A stretch of 64,000 bases of DNA, from NCBI GenBank assembly GCA_013265495.1, contig MU061668.1, positions 248,001 to 312,000 of the forward strand, written 5' to 3'. The translations under genes were made by a program, and so were the position numbers. This DNA is from Vicugna vicugna. Lineage: Eukaryota. Of the stretch, positions 1-12,303 are shown piece after piece. Under the pieces are notes generated by a model. The model saw only the letters and a program-made list of their open reading frames with translations, made no database searches and was not told the DNA's origin. Each line of letters begins with the position of its first letter. Position 1 is the stretch's first letter.

Positions 1-228
1 CCTGGAAGAGTGAGAGACACACAGCCAGTCACCAATGCCCCGGTCACTCCAGCCAGCAGCCGGCTGTCAGCAGACCCTCAACATGGGCCCTGCCGCCCTG
101 TTGGACCATGCAGGGTTGAGGGCTCCCAGGAGACCTGTCCAATCTGTTAGCTACTCAGCTAGTAAGTGGTTGTTGTCATAAGCTGTTATATGTTGGAGTG
201 GCTGTTACACAGCAGACGCTAACTGATA
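1..228 (+). mobile_element. MaLR LTR 3' part (MLT1H/I-like), truncated by window edge
   Basis: Ends ...gtggttgttgtcataagctgttatatgttggagtggctgttacacagcagacgctaactgata, resembling the MLT1 3' terminus (recalled consensus ...gttttaagccactaagttttggggtggtttgttacacagcaatagataactgataca). Confidence 0.7.
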
Positions 229-439
229 GGGGCAGCCCAGAATTCTGAGCGTTCAAGCCTCCGTGCACAGGCTCTGGGATTTACGAGCAGGCCTGGCTGC
301 AGGCAGATGGACTGGCCTCAAGGCTCTTGCCTCCTGGCCCCCACATTAGCTGTCATCAGGGCTCTGTCCTTTGGACTGGACCCCAGGCCTCAGTCTACAC
401 AGTTACAACCAAGATACAGTCCACCTGGCAACCCCGTGT

Positions 440-915
440 CCAACCCCTCTGGGCTCTCCTGCTTACTGTCCCTACTCAAAGCCTTCGGTGGCTTCCTGGG
501 GCACTCAGGGTAAAATCCAGTCTCCTCCCGCAACAGCTCTCACTGCCCCTGACTACCCCCCAGGTCCAGTCTCCCGCTCTCTCACTCCATTCCAGCCACA
601 CCAGCCTCCAAACCACAAAACCTAGCCCGACCTCAGGGCCTTTGCACGTGCAGCTCCCTGGACAGGAATGCTCTTCCCTGGCACCCACAGCTCCCTCCCT
701 ACTTCCTTCAGGCCTATGTCCTGCACTGCTTTAGCAAACAGCCCAAGCCACTGCTCCTTCCCTGACGGCACATGTCACCACCCCCCATCCTCCTCCTGCT
801 TTATTTCTTCTCCGAGTACTTAGCACAACCTAGGCCACTGAGACTCCGGGCACAGAGCCTGGGTGTCCTGCGGTCGCCCCACTGTCCTCTTTAAGGGAAA
901 TGTGTTGAAATGTCG
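440..915 (+). mobile_element. LINE-2 3' fragment
   Basis: Diagnostic L2 motifs ctcaaagccttcggtggcttcc, cctcagggcctttgcacgtgc and ggaatgctcttccc, ending near tgtgttgaaatg. Confidence 0.75.
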
Positions 916-2539
916 CCATGCTGGTTCAGGGGAGCCTATAGGGGGGAGAGGCCAAGGCATGCTGGCAGATGCCCCAGCCCGCCAGCCCTACTGTGTGCAG
1001 TGGGACCTCCAAAGTAGGTGACACAGACTCTGCCCTCGGGAAGTCCCACCTGCCCTCCATGTCGGGGTCACCCCGCATGGTCACGTGGTCATTGTGGACT
1101 CCCCCTCCTCTGTGCTCATGTTTCCACAAAAGCATCCAAGGGTCACGACACTGGGCTCTCCGGGGCCCTTGTACACACCAGAAACTGCAATGGTGAAAAG
1201 AGTAAGAAGGGAGAAGACACAGGAGGTGGGACTGCAGGGGCCCCCCCAGGTCAGGGGCCCCCCAGGCTCCACCTCACAGCTGGTATGAAATCAGTAAAAC
1301 CATCAGGACAACGAGTCCTCGGAAAAGGGGGGTAACCGTATCAGCCTCACAGCGGGGAGTGAGGACCCACTTCATTCACCCTCGTAACAAAGAACATCAA
1401 GCCATGAAGGGGAGTGACTTTCCAGCATCACTGCCCACCTTCCCACCTACTGGGGGGCCGGGAGCCTCTTCTGCTGCATCCTGTTGGGGCCCTGAAGCCC
1501 CAGTCCTGTGTGCACACGTCTCCCTCCCCAGAGTAGGGGACGCTGAGTGACCGCGGTCACTTGTCTCCGAGCAGCGGGACTGGCCCGGTCGCATCCTGAG
1601 AACTGCAGGATACTTTAATAACGACATCACATTGGAGACATTATATCCAGCACATGGTGTTTTTGGTGATTCATCTCACTTCCATTTTATTCATCTTGTG
1701 CAAATGTCAAATGACCGCTGGGGCTGCAGGCCCAGGACGTCTTGATTTACTGGAAAGAATCAGGGTGGGTTCTTAGAAAACAAGGGCAGGAACTTACAGC
1801 ACCCAGACACCTCCAGTGAACAGGGCGGAGACAAAGCCGCCTGCTGCGGCCCTGCCCTGGAACAAAGCCACAGGCCCACCTGGGGCCACCTGACCCCCAG
1901 AGCACAGGGGCCACGACACCCGCGTGTGGAAGGGCCTGGAACCCGCTGTCATCACCACTGCTCGCAGGCTCCAAGGAGCAAACACCACCAGCTGCTTTGC
2001 ACTTGCAGAGGCGCCGAAACGAGAAAACTGTGTTCACAGGAACACAGACGCCAGACGCTCACGTCTGCTCCGGTCCCCCCGCTCCTGGGCTCAGGCTCTC
2101 TCAAGCCTTGGAAGCTCTGGGCACGCTCCTTCTTGCTCTACAGTCCCCCCACTACACCCCCAGAAAGCCCCCCACCTGCACAACTCCAAGTCCTCCATCT
2201 AAACAGGCTCCAATACCCCCTCTTCCAGGCAGTCTCCCTTGCCTTCCCTCCAGTCTCTTTTACACTCGTTTCCTGCTAAAATGATCACAGTGGGTCCAAA
2301 CGCTGCTGCTGCTGTGTGTCTCCCCCACCGTGAGGTGGTTTTATGGGAACAGGGCTCATGGCTGATTCACTCTGGTCGCATCCAGACCCTCAGCATGAGT
2401 TCTGGCACGAAGTGGGGGTGGAGCAAGGCCTCCAAAACACATGCGTTGAATACCTGAACTCCGTCTTCCTGGAACTTATAATTTAGCAAAAGGGATCTAA
2501 TGACAAACAAGGTGAATTCAAGGTACACTGAACACAGAT

Positions 2540-2720
2540 GAGACAGTCCTTTCCTGAGTACCTCACATTTAAACTGAGATCTCACTGGTTAGTAAATATT
2601 AACCAAGAAAAAGAGGGTGGAAATAACCTCCCCAGGAGAGAGAAGAACAGGCAAATGTTCCAAGGTGGGAGGGAGCAACTCGTGCAACTATGAAAGGCCA
2701 GTGGGTCTTTAGCTAAGAGA
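2540..2720 (-). mobile_element. LINE-2 fragment
   Basis: catttaaactgagatct...ccaggagagagaagaacaggcaaatgttccaaggtggga resembles the reverse complement of the L2 3' region. Confidence 0.5.
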
Positions 2721-2749
2721 CGGGGCAACAGCAAGAGCTCACGGATTAC

Positions 2750-3035
2750 ATGTATCGGTTAGGCTAGGCTGGGTTATGCTGAGTAACAAATGATTCCCAA
2801 ACTCAGTGGCCTTCAGTAAGCTTTATTTATGTTTGCATGGCTCTGCCCCGTGCCACCTTCCCTCTGGGCCAGGCCGACAGAGCAGTCTCTCAGTGGATAC
2901 TCCTGTTGCCAGGGAAAAGGGAAACGAAGTGGTAAATCACGCACTGGTTCTGAAGTGTCTGATCACACTTCTCTCAGTGTCCACGAGCCCCTCTGCTGTG
3001 CCCGGGAGTAACAAGGGGCAGGGCTGTAGAATCCT
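2750..3035 (-). mobile_element. MaLR LTR (MLT1K/L-like)
   Basis: Starts tgtatcggttaggctaggctgggttatgctgagtaacaaatgattcccaaactcagtggc, the typical reverse-complemented MLT1 3' end. Confidence 0.7.
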
Positions 3036-3759
3036 GGATGAGAGGGGCACCACGGCCAAGGGGACTAAACATGGGCGACTCGTAATCCAGCTCCACATCG
3101 GCTGAACATTTTGATGTTTATCCCAGGAGAAGTGGAAAACCACGGAGTAAATTATCCGTTTTTAATAGATCATTCCAGCCCTAGTAGGTTGGATCTGGGG
3201 AGAAACACCAGGAGGCCATTTCAGCTTCCCAGGGACAGAAAGGCTAGCACCACAGGGTCACAGCAGTAGAGATGGAGAGAAAACAACAGGTTTGAAAGGT
3301 GGGAGGGTCTGCAGATGCGCGGGAGGAGCAGCAGTGAGAGACTGTGTGGCCCCGGGATGGCGGGAGAAAGGCAGCTAACCTGGTTTCTCACGTCCTGCCA
3401 GTTGCTGGCTCCAGTCTTTTGGGAAGACCAGCTAATATGTTTTCTGTGTGTTCTTGGGTTCCCTGGTGTTCTCCAAATAAATCTCCCTTCTTTCTTTAAA
3501 AAACAAAACAAAACAGAAAAGCAAGAGCTAAATAAAAGTGGGAACCAATGGATTAATAAGGTGATGAGCAGCTGAGGGAAGTGACAGATCAGTGACGGGA
3601 TGACCAGGGGAGTCAATTCATGTCCCCAAATGTTCAAAGAGTAAAAAGAAACTTCAAGAGAAAGAGGCCTCCCCACTGGGCCTGCCTCAGAGGGACCCTT
3701 CGCCATCAACACACTGGGGTCTCTACTCTTCCACGGGGCCACGACCCGTTTCATCCGTG

Positions 3760-4310
3760 ACAGGGAGGGGGGCAGGGAGAGGAGGCAGGGGGAGGGAGGG
3801 GGGGAGGGGCCCGCCCGGGGGACCTCCGCGTCGTCCGCCCTCCCCTCCACGTGGCTCCCTCTACTTCCCTTCCAGAGCCGCAAAGTTGCCTTTAAGGGTG
3901 GGAGGACTTGGGATTCACAAACGGCCCGAAAGAGATCGTCTGTAGCGGCAGCTTCGGCAGCCGCAAAGGAGCGCGGGGCCCGGCCATTGCGGGCACGGAG
4001 GGCCACGGATGCTCCGCTGCCCCGGGGCCGCCAGCGGCCACGAAGGGGAGGGTTTAGACACACGGCTGGACACACCCTTTCCACATCTCCCTTGAAACGC
4101 AGCTCCGGCACCCGCTTCTCCACACCGTGGCCTCCCGGGGCTGCCGCAGGAGAGACCACAGCTCAGCGCTGGGCACATGGTGGGCGCAGTCTGATGGCCG
4201 GGAAGCTGGGTTTACAGGGGGCCTCACTCTTCACGAGGCAGGGGCTGCGGAAGCCCGCGGGGCCCAGCAGTGGTGCTTAGGCTGAAGCGAATCCGCGGGT
4301 GTCTTGATGG
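3760..4310. promoter_or_regulatory. CpG island / promoter-like or enhancer element
   Basis: Dense CpG run in non-repeat sequence, G-tract block at 3763-3821, palindromic E-box CCACGTGG at 3847-3854. No associated coding exon recognised. Confidence 0.6.
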
Positions 4311-4359
4311 AGGGGGGCTCTGGCCATGGTGAGGGTGGGTCAGGGTCCCTGCGGTTCTG

Positions 4360-4560
4360 AAGGCCACTGTGTGCAGGCTCAGGGGACACAGAGAAGAAAA
4401 GGCCTGGTGTGTTTACAGACGAAATACAGACAAGCCAGCCAGGCAGACAGGGCACCACAGCCCAAGAGCTGCTCTCGCAGGGGAAGGGTGGAGGGACAGG
4501 CAGAGAACCAAGTCTGCTGGGGAACTGGTTAAAGATAGAACTTTTAACTGAGACTTGAAG
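4360..4560 (-). mobile_element. LINE-2 fragment
   Basis: gtgtgcaggctcaggggacacagagaagaaaaggcctgg...ttttaactgagacttgaag matches the reverse-complement L2 3' pattern. Confidence 0.5.
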
Positions 4561-4561
4561 T

Positions 4562-5020
4562 CTGCATCAGTCGGTTAAGTGCTTGGCTGAAGTGACAGAA
4601 AACCCCACTGAGAGTGGCTTAAACTGCAAAGACAGCAAACGTCTAAAGTTTAAGGACGAGATGAGAGATGGGAGGTCTGGAGGTGGTCTGGTGGCCCAAC
4701 AATGTCAGGGACTCAGATGCCACCACCTCTCTACTCCAGCACTCCCAGGGTGTTGGTGTCACTCCCTCATGGATGTAGTGTGGCTGCCTCCACTCCAGCC
4801 ATCACCTCCTCAGTTAGCGCTCATGCCAGAAGCCAGGGGGCCCTTCTTCCCTGACCACCTCTTTGTCTTCAGGAAGGACAATCTCTCACGGAAGCCCCTG
4901 GAGACTTCCTCTAGTATAGCACCGGCCGGAACTGGGTCCCGAGACCTTGTCCTGACCAATCACTAGTGGGTGGGGGGAGCAGTCGCCATGACAGCCTGGA
5001 CCAACCGTGACTCCTCCTAA
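4562..5020 (-). mobile_element. MaLR LTR (MLT1J-like)
   Basis: tgcatcagtcggttaagtgcttggctgaagtgacagaaaacccc terminus, plus internal gagacttcctc...gaactgggtc...gaccaatcactag. Confidence 0.7.
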
Positions 5021-5639
5021 TTGAGCATCCGCAGGAAGAAGGAGGGCTGGGCTGGACAGAGGCTGCTGAGCGAGCCACCAACACGGTCCTCCCGTCAAGG
5101 GGAAGTGACTGGGGAGCTGAGGGTTCACGGACAAGGGGCAGGAGGGCTGGCGGAGCAGCCCAGGCGGAGGGCAGGGGACGACCTGGGGGTGCCGGTGGCC
5201 CAGGGCTGCAGGGACCCAGGCCGGTGGGGCAGGTGGGCGGGGCTCATTGGAAGTCTTACACCCAGAGCGAGGCCGGCCCCTGGCCACGGGGAGCTGCTGA
5301 GAGTAAGCGAGTGAGGACCGGAGAAGGTGTGCGCTCACAGGGGTGCAGGAGCCCCTGGACTTCAGGGGCTGAGCAGAGCCGTTCTGTGACGGGCAAGCAT
5401 GTCGCTAACAGACTCCAGAGGCCTCTGTTCAAACAGATGATTGCAATTGATGAGAGAGAGTAAACGTGACCTTCACTAATGGATTTGCTGGTGGCAGCTA
5501 CCTGTTTCTGGATATTAGAACACATGCGCTCAGCCCGATTCCCAGACAGCTCTGCTGTCATGGCCGCAAGGCCCCCACCTCGCCTCTCCCACCTGCCCCG
5601 GCCCAGCCTCAGACCCGCACACCCCAGGGTGCCCAAAGC

Positions 5640-5800
5640 AGCCCAGCGCTTTGTGCTGTAATTTACACAGGACGCCCCCACCTCTGAGGGCGAGGTGACC
5701 GTGTTCCAGTTTACAGAGGAGAAAACTGAGGCTGGACATGGGCAAGGGGCTTGCTGGTGAGCTGGGGGGTGGGAGCCCAATCCAGCATCCGCTGTATGAC
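5640..5800 (-). mobile_element. MIR SINE fragment
   Basis: Core cagtttacagaggagaaaactgaggct. Confidence 0.7.
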
Positions 5801-6669
5801 TTCAGCCAGGATGCCTGCTAAACCAAGGGGCTCAGAAGCCCCGCTCACCCCAGCACCCCTCCTGGAAGTGGGGGCCTCTGCTCTGTGCAATGCCGACCCC
5901 TGCAGAGGGCACAAGCGTGACCCCCACAGACGTGTCATTCCTTCCTTACGACCTGGGCCTCCCGGGCCGGGCATGAGAAGCGCCCTGACACGCGGGGACC
6001 ACAGTCCAGGGGTGCACATGCAGGCAGGTGTGCCCATGACTGAGGGGACAGCACCCCCAGTTAAGACTCCCCCAGGCCCAGACAATCACATCCCAGAACT
6101 AAGGGGTGCCCAGGGGCCAGGTGGTCAGTTCTGGCCTTGAAGGGCAAATGGTCATCATCCAGGGGGCTGGTTTTTAAAATTAAATTACATATTTACGACC
6201 CAGGCATCAAGCTCTTTTGTCAGCAGCCTTGTAACCTTCAGCCTCTGGGCTTCTATCCTCTCTGGGACGAGGTTCTTAGCTTCAAACTGAGTCCCGCTAT
6301 GGACATAAACACTGCCCCTTTCATGTGTCGCCTTCAGTGTAAGAGGCCTCCCCGAACACCCCCTTGCTTCCCTCGCCAACACCTCCGCACAGGCGAGCGG
6401 GGTACTTCCAGTGCAGCTCTGCAGATCTGGGAGCTCAGATTCAGAATAAGGAGGTCAGGAGGGGCCGCCCCACAGGAGGGCAGGGCGGATGGTGATGATT
6501 CACCTACAAAACCTCAGCGGCTGAAGCCCCAGGCAGCAGCAGGAGCAGATGCAGAGTAAGCGGATTGAATGTGTTCACCCAGCAGCCTGGGCTGTAGGTG
6601 TGGAAGGCAGGGGGCCCCCAGTGCCTGGACCCCGCCTTCCAGGAATCAGGGCTCAGATGTGGCTTTGAA

Positions 6670-6770
6670 ACCAGGACACGGGGGTTCAAAGCCGGCTCCA
6701 GCTCTTGCTTAGTTATTAAAAGTGGAACGAGACTCAGGTTTTTCATCTGAAAAATGGGAATGTTGAAGAC
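6670..6770 (+). mobile_element. MIR SINE fragment
   Basis: gggttcaaagccggctcc...ctcaggtttttcatctgaaaaatgggaat. Confidence 0.7.
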
Positions 6771-7430
6771 TTTCCCTCTTGGGGTAGGGAGGGGGTTGAA
6801 GGGGGCAAGAGGCAGAGCATGGGACGGCCAGACTGAGGGCGCACCCGGGCACGCTGCTGTTGCCGCTGCATCCTCTGTCTTCCAGAGGAACTGTTTCAGG
6901 CTCTGCGGGACCTCTGGTCTCGGCTCTGTCACAGCTACCGCCCCCTGCTGCTGCCTCAAGGCAAAAGCAGCTTTGGCGGCGGGCAGTCCAGGCTCTCTCT
7001 GCTTGCTCTCCCATGTTTAAACTGAGACGCACTTGTCATGGATCGTTGTGTTAGGGGGTACAGCATAATCCGATACGTCCCTGCTGTGAAATGATCACCA
7101 CAGTAAGTTTAGTGAACATCCATCACCTCCCAGAGTTACCATTTTTTCCTTTGCGACAAGAACTGTTAGATCGACTCTCTCAGCAACTTCCAAACACACA
7201 ATCCAGTATGATTAACTGTCGTCACCACGCTGTCCCTGACCTCCCAGGGCTTGCTCACTGATCCCTGCAAGTCTGCACCCTCTGACCCTCCTCTCTGTCC
7301 CCCAGTGCCCCCCACCTCTGCAGCCCCCGACCTGCTTCCTGCGTCTGAGTTTGGTTTTGCTTTTAGATGCCACACGTAAGTGAGGCTGGATGGTGTTTGC
7401 CTTCCTCTGTCTGCTTTATTTCACTCAGCA

Positions 7431-7568
7431 NNNNNNNNNNNNNNNNNNNNNNNNNNNNNNNNNNNNNNNNNNNNNNNNNNNNNNNNNNNNNNNNNNNNNN
7501 NNNNNNNNNNNNNNNNNNNNNNNNNNNNNNNNNNNNNNNNNNNNNNNNNNNNNNNNNNNNNNNNNNNN
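7431..7568. other. Assembly gap (N run)
   Basis: Run of N inside an L1 3' UTR. Confidence 0.98.
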
Positions 7569-7857
7569 GCTGCTTCCGTGTCTCGGCTCCTGTAAATAAC
7601 GCCATAGTGAACACGAGGGTGCAGCTATCTCTCTGTGTGGTGAGCTCCTTTCCTTTCGACAAATACCCAGAGCTGGAGACGCTGGATCCTTTTCTTTGAG
7701 AAACCGCCATACTGGTCTCCGCGGTGGCTGCACCAGTTTACATTCCCACCCGCAGCGCACAAGGGTTCCCTTTTCTCCACATCCTCGCCAACACTTGTTA
7801 TTTCTAATCTCTTGACGATGGCCATCCTGACAGGTGTGAGGTGACACCTCGCTGTGC

Positions 7858-7924
7858 TTTTTTGTAGTGGAGGCACCGGGGACGGAACCCAGGACCTCGT
7901 GCACGCTGAGCACGCGCTCCGCCC
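7858..7924 (-). mobile_element. tRNA-derived SINE head (camelid-type), nested in L1
   Basis: Reverse complement reads ggagcgcgtgctcagcgtgcacgaggtcctgggttccgtccccggtgcctccactacaaaaaa, with a B-box-like GGTTCCGTCCC and a short A tail. Confidence 0.75.
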
Positions 7925-8267
7925 ATGGTGGTTTGCTCGCAGTGCCCTTCTGATCGGCGGTGTGGGCGAGCCTGCTGCCCATCTGCGTGTCTTCTTTGCA
8001 AACATGTCTGCTCAGATCCTCTGCCCACCTTTGAATTGAGCTGCTTGGCTTTTTGCTGTTGAATCGTATGCGTTCATCACGTATTTTGGGTGCTAACCCT
8101 TTATCAGATATGTGATTTGTAAACGCCTTCTCCTGGATGCTTGAAGCAGCTCCCACCCCGCGGGCAGCGCCGGGGGGTCAGCCGCACTGGCTTCCTTCTC
8201 TCCTCCCCCCTTTGCTGGAGAGGAGGCCCGGGGGGCCGGGCTGCTCCCAGTTCTCACCAACACTCAG

Positions 8268-8286
8268 TGTCCAGCAGGGGGCGGTG
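8268..8286 (+). promoter_or_regulatory. CTCF-type binding motif
   Basis: TGTCCAGCAGGGGGCGGTG versus the canonical TGGCCACCAGGGGGCGCTA; core CCAGCAGGGGGCG intact. Confidence 0.55.
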
Positions 8287-8819
8287 CCAGGCCGGACTCG
8301 GGCCTCTGCCCCTCCTGGGCATCCTCATTCCCTTCCTCGGTTGCCTGGAAACTGTCTTCCAGGGGCCTCTCTCTGCCTCTCCACATCTCCCTGCCTGGGT
8401 TATTCCAGTGCCTTTGGCCCCCACATCCTCTACCGTGTGGGGTGACAGACCGCTGTGCCTCCTGGAGCAGTCTCGGGGAGCCCAGTATCCCCGTCCAGTC
8501 CACGGTCCGAGAGCCCAAGGTGGGGAGAGGGTTTGTCTGCATTTATGCACGAAGTCGCTCAAAGAGTCTCAGCACCTACTCTGCTGGGTGGTTCCCGGGG
8601 ACAGAGAGCTGAGGTGAACACAGGAGAGCTGGGCAGAACGGGGACACCAGCGCAGCAAGAGGAGGGGCGAGCCCAGGCTGGTCTCATAACCCTTCTCAGC
8701 CTTGGTTTTCTCACCTTTAAAATGGGGGCCGGAGACCCTGCCCTACAGTAGGGCCATTATGGAGGGGCGCAGCAGCCTGATCCACGGCCAGACACCGTCC
8801 TAAGGGCCTTAGAAACAGA

Positions 8820-8920
8820 AACTCACTTAATCCTTGACGAAACTCCAGAATTACCACCTCTTGTTGCAGATGAGGAAACTGAGGCACAGAGAGGTGAGAT
8901 CACGGAGCCCAGGCCATCCG
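8820..8920 (-). mobile_element. MIR SINE fragment
   Basis: ttgcagatgaggaaactgaggcacagagaggt core. Confidence 0.8.
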
Positions 8921-9564
8921 GCTCCAGTGCCCGGGCTCATGGTCAGTGCCCACTCTGGGTGTCCCCTGCCTGCCTTTACCTCCACTGAGACCCAAGGCTG
9001 CAGCCTCAGTGCGATGATTTGTGGGGGACGCGGTGGGAGCGCAGGGGGTCGGTCTCCTCTGAGCACTGCTTTTCCCCGAGGCCAGCAGCTCAAGGGACTG
9101 TGCCGTCTTCACTGCTGGACAACCAGGCCCAGGCCAACGACCCTGCAAGACCTGAACCAGTGTTCGTTGAGTGAATATCTGATCGTCTGCATGTACATTG
9201 CACTGTGCCCACCGTTTCCTTGTCTCTGCAGCACGCCTGCCTGCACAGCTGTCACCTCCATCAGGCCCCCTACCAGGGACATTCAGAAGGACCCGAGCTG
9301 CTCAGCTGGGGACCGGAGGCCTCTAGGGGCGTGTGGCTGCCCCAGTCTCTCCTGGGCTGTCCTGGGCCAAATCACAGGGAGGCCCAGCCAACTTCCAGAA
9401 CGGCAGTGAGCTCCCTGTCCCTGGGGGCGTGCAAATAGCTATGGAGGGCTGTTTCCTGATTTGGCAACTTGGCACCAGGTAGGGCACCGGGGGTCACACT
9501 GCTTTCAACATCCATTTCAGGCCGGGATCCCTGCAGGCAGCATGGAGCCAGTCGTCAAGGACCC

Positions 9565-9680
9565 AAACTGTGGGGCCTGGCTTATAGGCAGGCTTCCCTG
9601 CTCTGTGACCCTGGGCAGCCACGTCCCTCTCTGTGCCTCAGTGTCTTCGTCTGTAACAGAGGAGCAGTAATGGTGCCCCC
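9565..9680 (+). mobile_element. MIR SINE fragment
   Basis: ctgtgaccctgggcag...ctctctgtgcctcagtgtcttcgtctgtaa. Confidence 0.75.
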
Positions 9681-12148
9681 GGGGGCTCAAGGAGAGCTGT
9701 TCTCATCACCATCTCCATCATCACAGAGGAAGGGGGACAGGGTCACACCCCCACATCCACCATCTTGAGCCACAGCACACGCTCTCCCACGAAGCACACC
9801 GCATCCTGTCCCTGTCCCCACCCGGTCACGCTGTGCTGACGCTCTGCGGCCACGCCAGACCCGGCCCCGCCCCCCGTCACACGTGTCCTCCCTGAAGCCC
9901 GGAAGCCCTCTGCCTCTCGGCCTCCTCGCCTGGCGTTACGCGGTCTCCTGTGAACAGGTACTCGGGCTCCTGCTCCTCCTCACAGTCCCCAGAGCTCCCA
10001 GCCGGGGACCAAGCACACAGCAGGTGCTCAAGGCAAATTCTCTACGAACACACTCTATTTAAGCCAGCCCTACAAGACACTCTGCAGACACTTAGAGTAA
10101 ACGCGTGAACGAGTGAACGGTGTACCTTTCTACCGCGTCCTCCGTAAGTTTAATATTTTAGTATACATTAGAGTTCCTTCGCCCGTAAAACTGCGAGCTC
10201 TGTAAGTGGAGGGCCGATAAGAAACAGCATGGACAGGACCAGACACCCGGGAGTCCTAAATATCCCTCTCCCCAAACGAAGATTTCAGGGCCAGGCCCAG
10301 CCAAGCCCCGGTCTCTGCCTGCAGACTGTGCAGGGGGTTTGGTTGGTTTTTCAAATTAAGCCTTTAAACCTGTCAGCTTAGCGGGGAAGTTGTCAGTTCC
10401 GAATTCATCTTCCCAGCAATAATCAAGTTACACAGCGCAGGAGACAGCCTGTTCCCGGAGTTATTTAATTAGAATCTGCAAATATTAGCAGGGAAAGAGA
10501 GAGCGCAGAGCATTTCCAAACAAGCTGCGTGCATCGCTGGGAGCACGTGGGGGTGGTGCCCTGGAAGATGTCGGCTCCTGCCGCCTCAGTTGGGAGCATC
10601 CATCTTCACGCTTTGGATTTCCAGAGAAGCACCCGGGGCATGTGGAGGGGAGTGGGTAGGAGCTGGCTGTCACCCACAGAAGAGAGGGCTGGAAATCTCA
10701 GACAGCTGTGGTGCCAGAAGCTGCCTGACCAGGGGAACCACAAGAGATGGCCCCTCTGAGACCACTGTCCTGCTTAGGGTGAAGCTCGGCTGCTCTAACG
10801 AAGGCCCCATACAGAGTGGCAAATGGAAGTTCCCATCTCCCTCATCCTGATCTGGAGGCAGACAGCCCAGGGCTGGTCCAGGAAGCTCCTCCCCCTGATG
10901 CCCAGTCATCCCAGATCGTCCCCCGGCCAGGACGGGGCTCCCGCCTCAGAGCTCAGCGTCCGCTTCTCTCTCCTAGGACATCTCCTAGAGTTGGCACAAG
11001 TCTCTTCCTTTCCCGCCCTGGAGGGAGAGCGTGGCCACAGGACCAGCCTGGCTGCGGAGGCGGTGGGAGCTCTGTAGTCGTGGGCGGCCACGTGATCAGC
11101 TAAAAGCTGGTGCCCAGCGCCCTGCGAGGCGGACGCGTCCGTCGGGAGACACGTGAGTGGGTGACTCTGCCCCACCCCTCTTACTGCTCCCTCCCACCAC
11201 CCACCTCTCTGCCCTGAAGTCATGTTTTATGAAAGACTGTCCACCAGACAAGTTGCATTAAGCAATTCATAATTCAGGAAGCAGCTGGAAGTCACGGGCT
11301 GGGGTGCTTTTCACTGCGTCTGCTGGCGGATCGCTGGCGGGGCTCCGTTCCTGACTCCGGGGCTCTCCCCTCCCAGAGCCCACTGGGCACCTGCAGCCAG
11401 AGGTGTCCTGTCCAGTGGAAGGTGACCCTCTCACTCCCTACTTACGCATCCAGAGGAGAGCCTTGGGCTCACCGTGCTGTGGTGCTTCCTGAAACAGTTC
11501 GGGCCTCTCCCAGCCACCCTGCAGGTTCTGGCTGCCAGAGGGCGAGGCTGGTCACACCCTCTGGCTGCCCAGTGCCCCACCCTGGGGCAGGTAGTTTTCC
11601 TGAGGCTCCAGTATTGCTGCTGGTGCCCCCGTGGAGGGGGGCCCCAGGCTGGGCGGGGGACTGGCAGGCTCTGTGGCCTTCTGCCCCGACTCCTGGTCCT
11701 CCTCAGGCCGCTGACCTGCTTCCTGGTGGAGCCGGTGGAGATGAGAGGCTCTGCCTATGACTCCCTGCTGAGGCCAGAGTCTGCAGTTCTCACGTGCACC
11801 TCGTCCTCAGAAGCAGGTGTTTTGGTCCCAGCTCCCTGCACCCTGTCCCCTCTGGTGGCCATGCTGCAGGGCAGAGACCAGCTGCCATGCGCCTGCTGGG
11901 CCTGTCTTTCCTGCGGCCGTGGTCCTGTAAAGGGTTGACCGTGTCTCCTCCAGTCAGTCACCACAAATAACTTTGTGATTTTGGGTGATTTAAACCTTCA
12001 TGCTGTGGTCTTCATGGAAAAACACCTGGAGGCCAGAGGAGTTGATTTTTCTTAAAGATCTTGACGGGCACCCTGTTCCAGCCAGAAGGTGCTGGGCCAG
12101 TCCACTCCTGGGCGCATATCACGAGGAAGCCCTAACTTGAAAAGACAC

Positions 12149-12303
12149 NNNNNNNNNNNNNNNNNNNNNNNNNNNNNNNNNNNNNNNNNNNNNNNNNNNN
12201 NNNNNNNNNNNNNNNNNNNNNNNNNNNNNNNNNNNNNNNNNNNNNNNNNNNNNNNNNNNNNNNNNNNNNNNNNNNNNNNNNNNNNNNNNNNNNNNNNNNN
12301 NNN
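12149..12303. other. Assembly gap (N run)
   Basis: Run of N directly 5' of a young L1 3' end. Confidence 0.98.

Larger units (their letters stand above)
7015..8135 (-). mobile_element. LINE-1 3' end (L1MA-type; ORF2 C-terminus + 3' UTR), interrupted by an N-gap and a SINE
   Basis: Minus-strand translation 7425-8156 retains ORF2 C-terminal motifs (FTNHISDKGL, KCWRGCGEKGTL..CGWECKLVQP). 3' UTR motif aaatgatcaccacagtaagtttagtgaacatccatc. Confidence 0.9.

Noticed and set aside
3221-4159. 312-aa minus ORF across the CpG island
   Set aside because: Expected by-product of high GC. The peptide runs through G/C and T/A low-complexity tracts with no family resemblance.
7858-7924. tRNA-like sequence as a functional tRNA gene
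   Set aside because: Incomplete cloverleaf, A-tailed and inserted in an L1. It is a SINE head.
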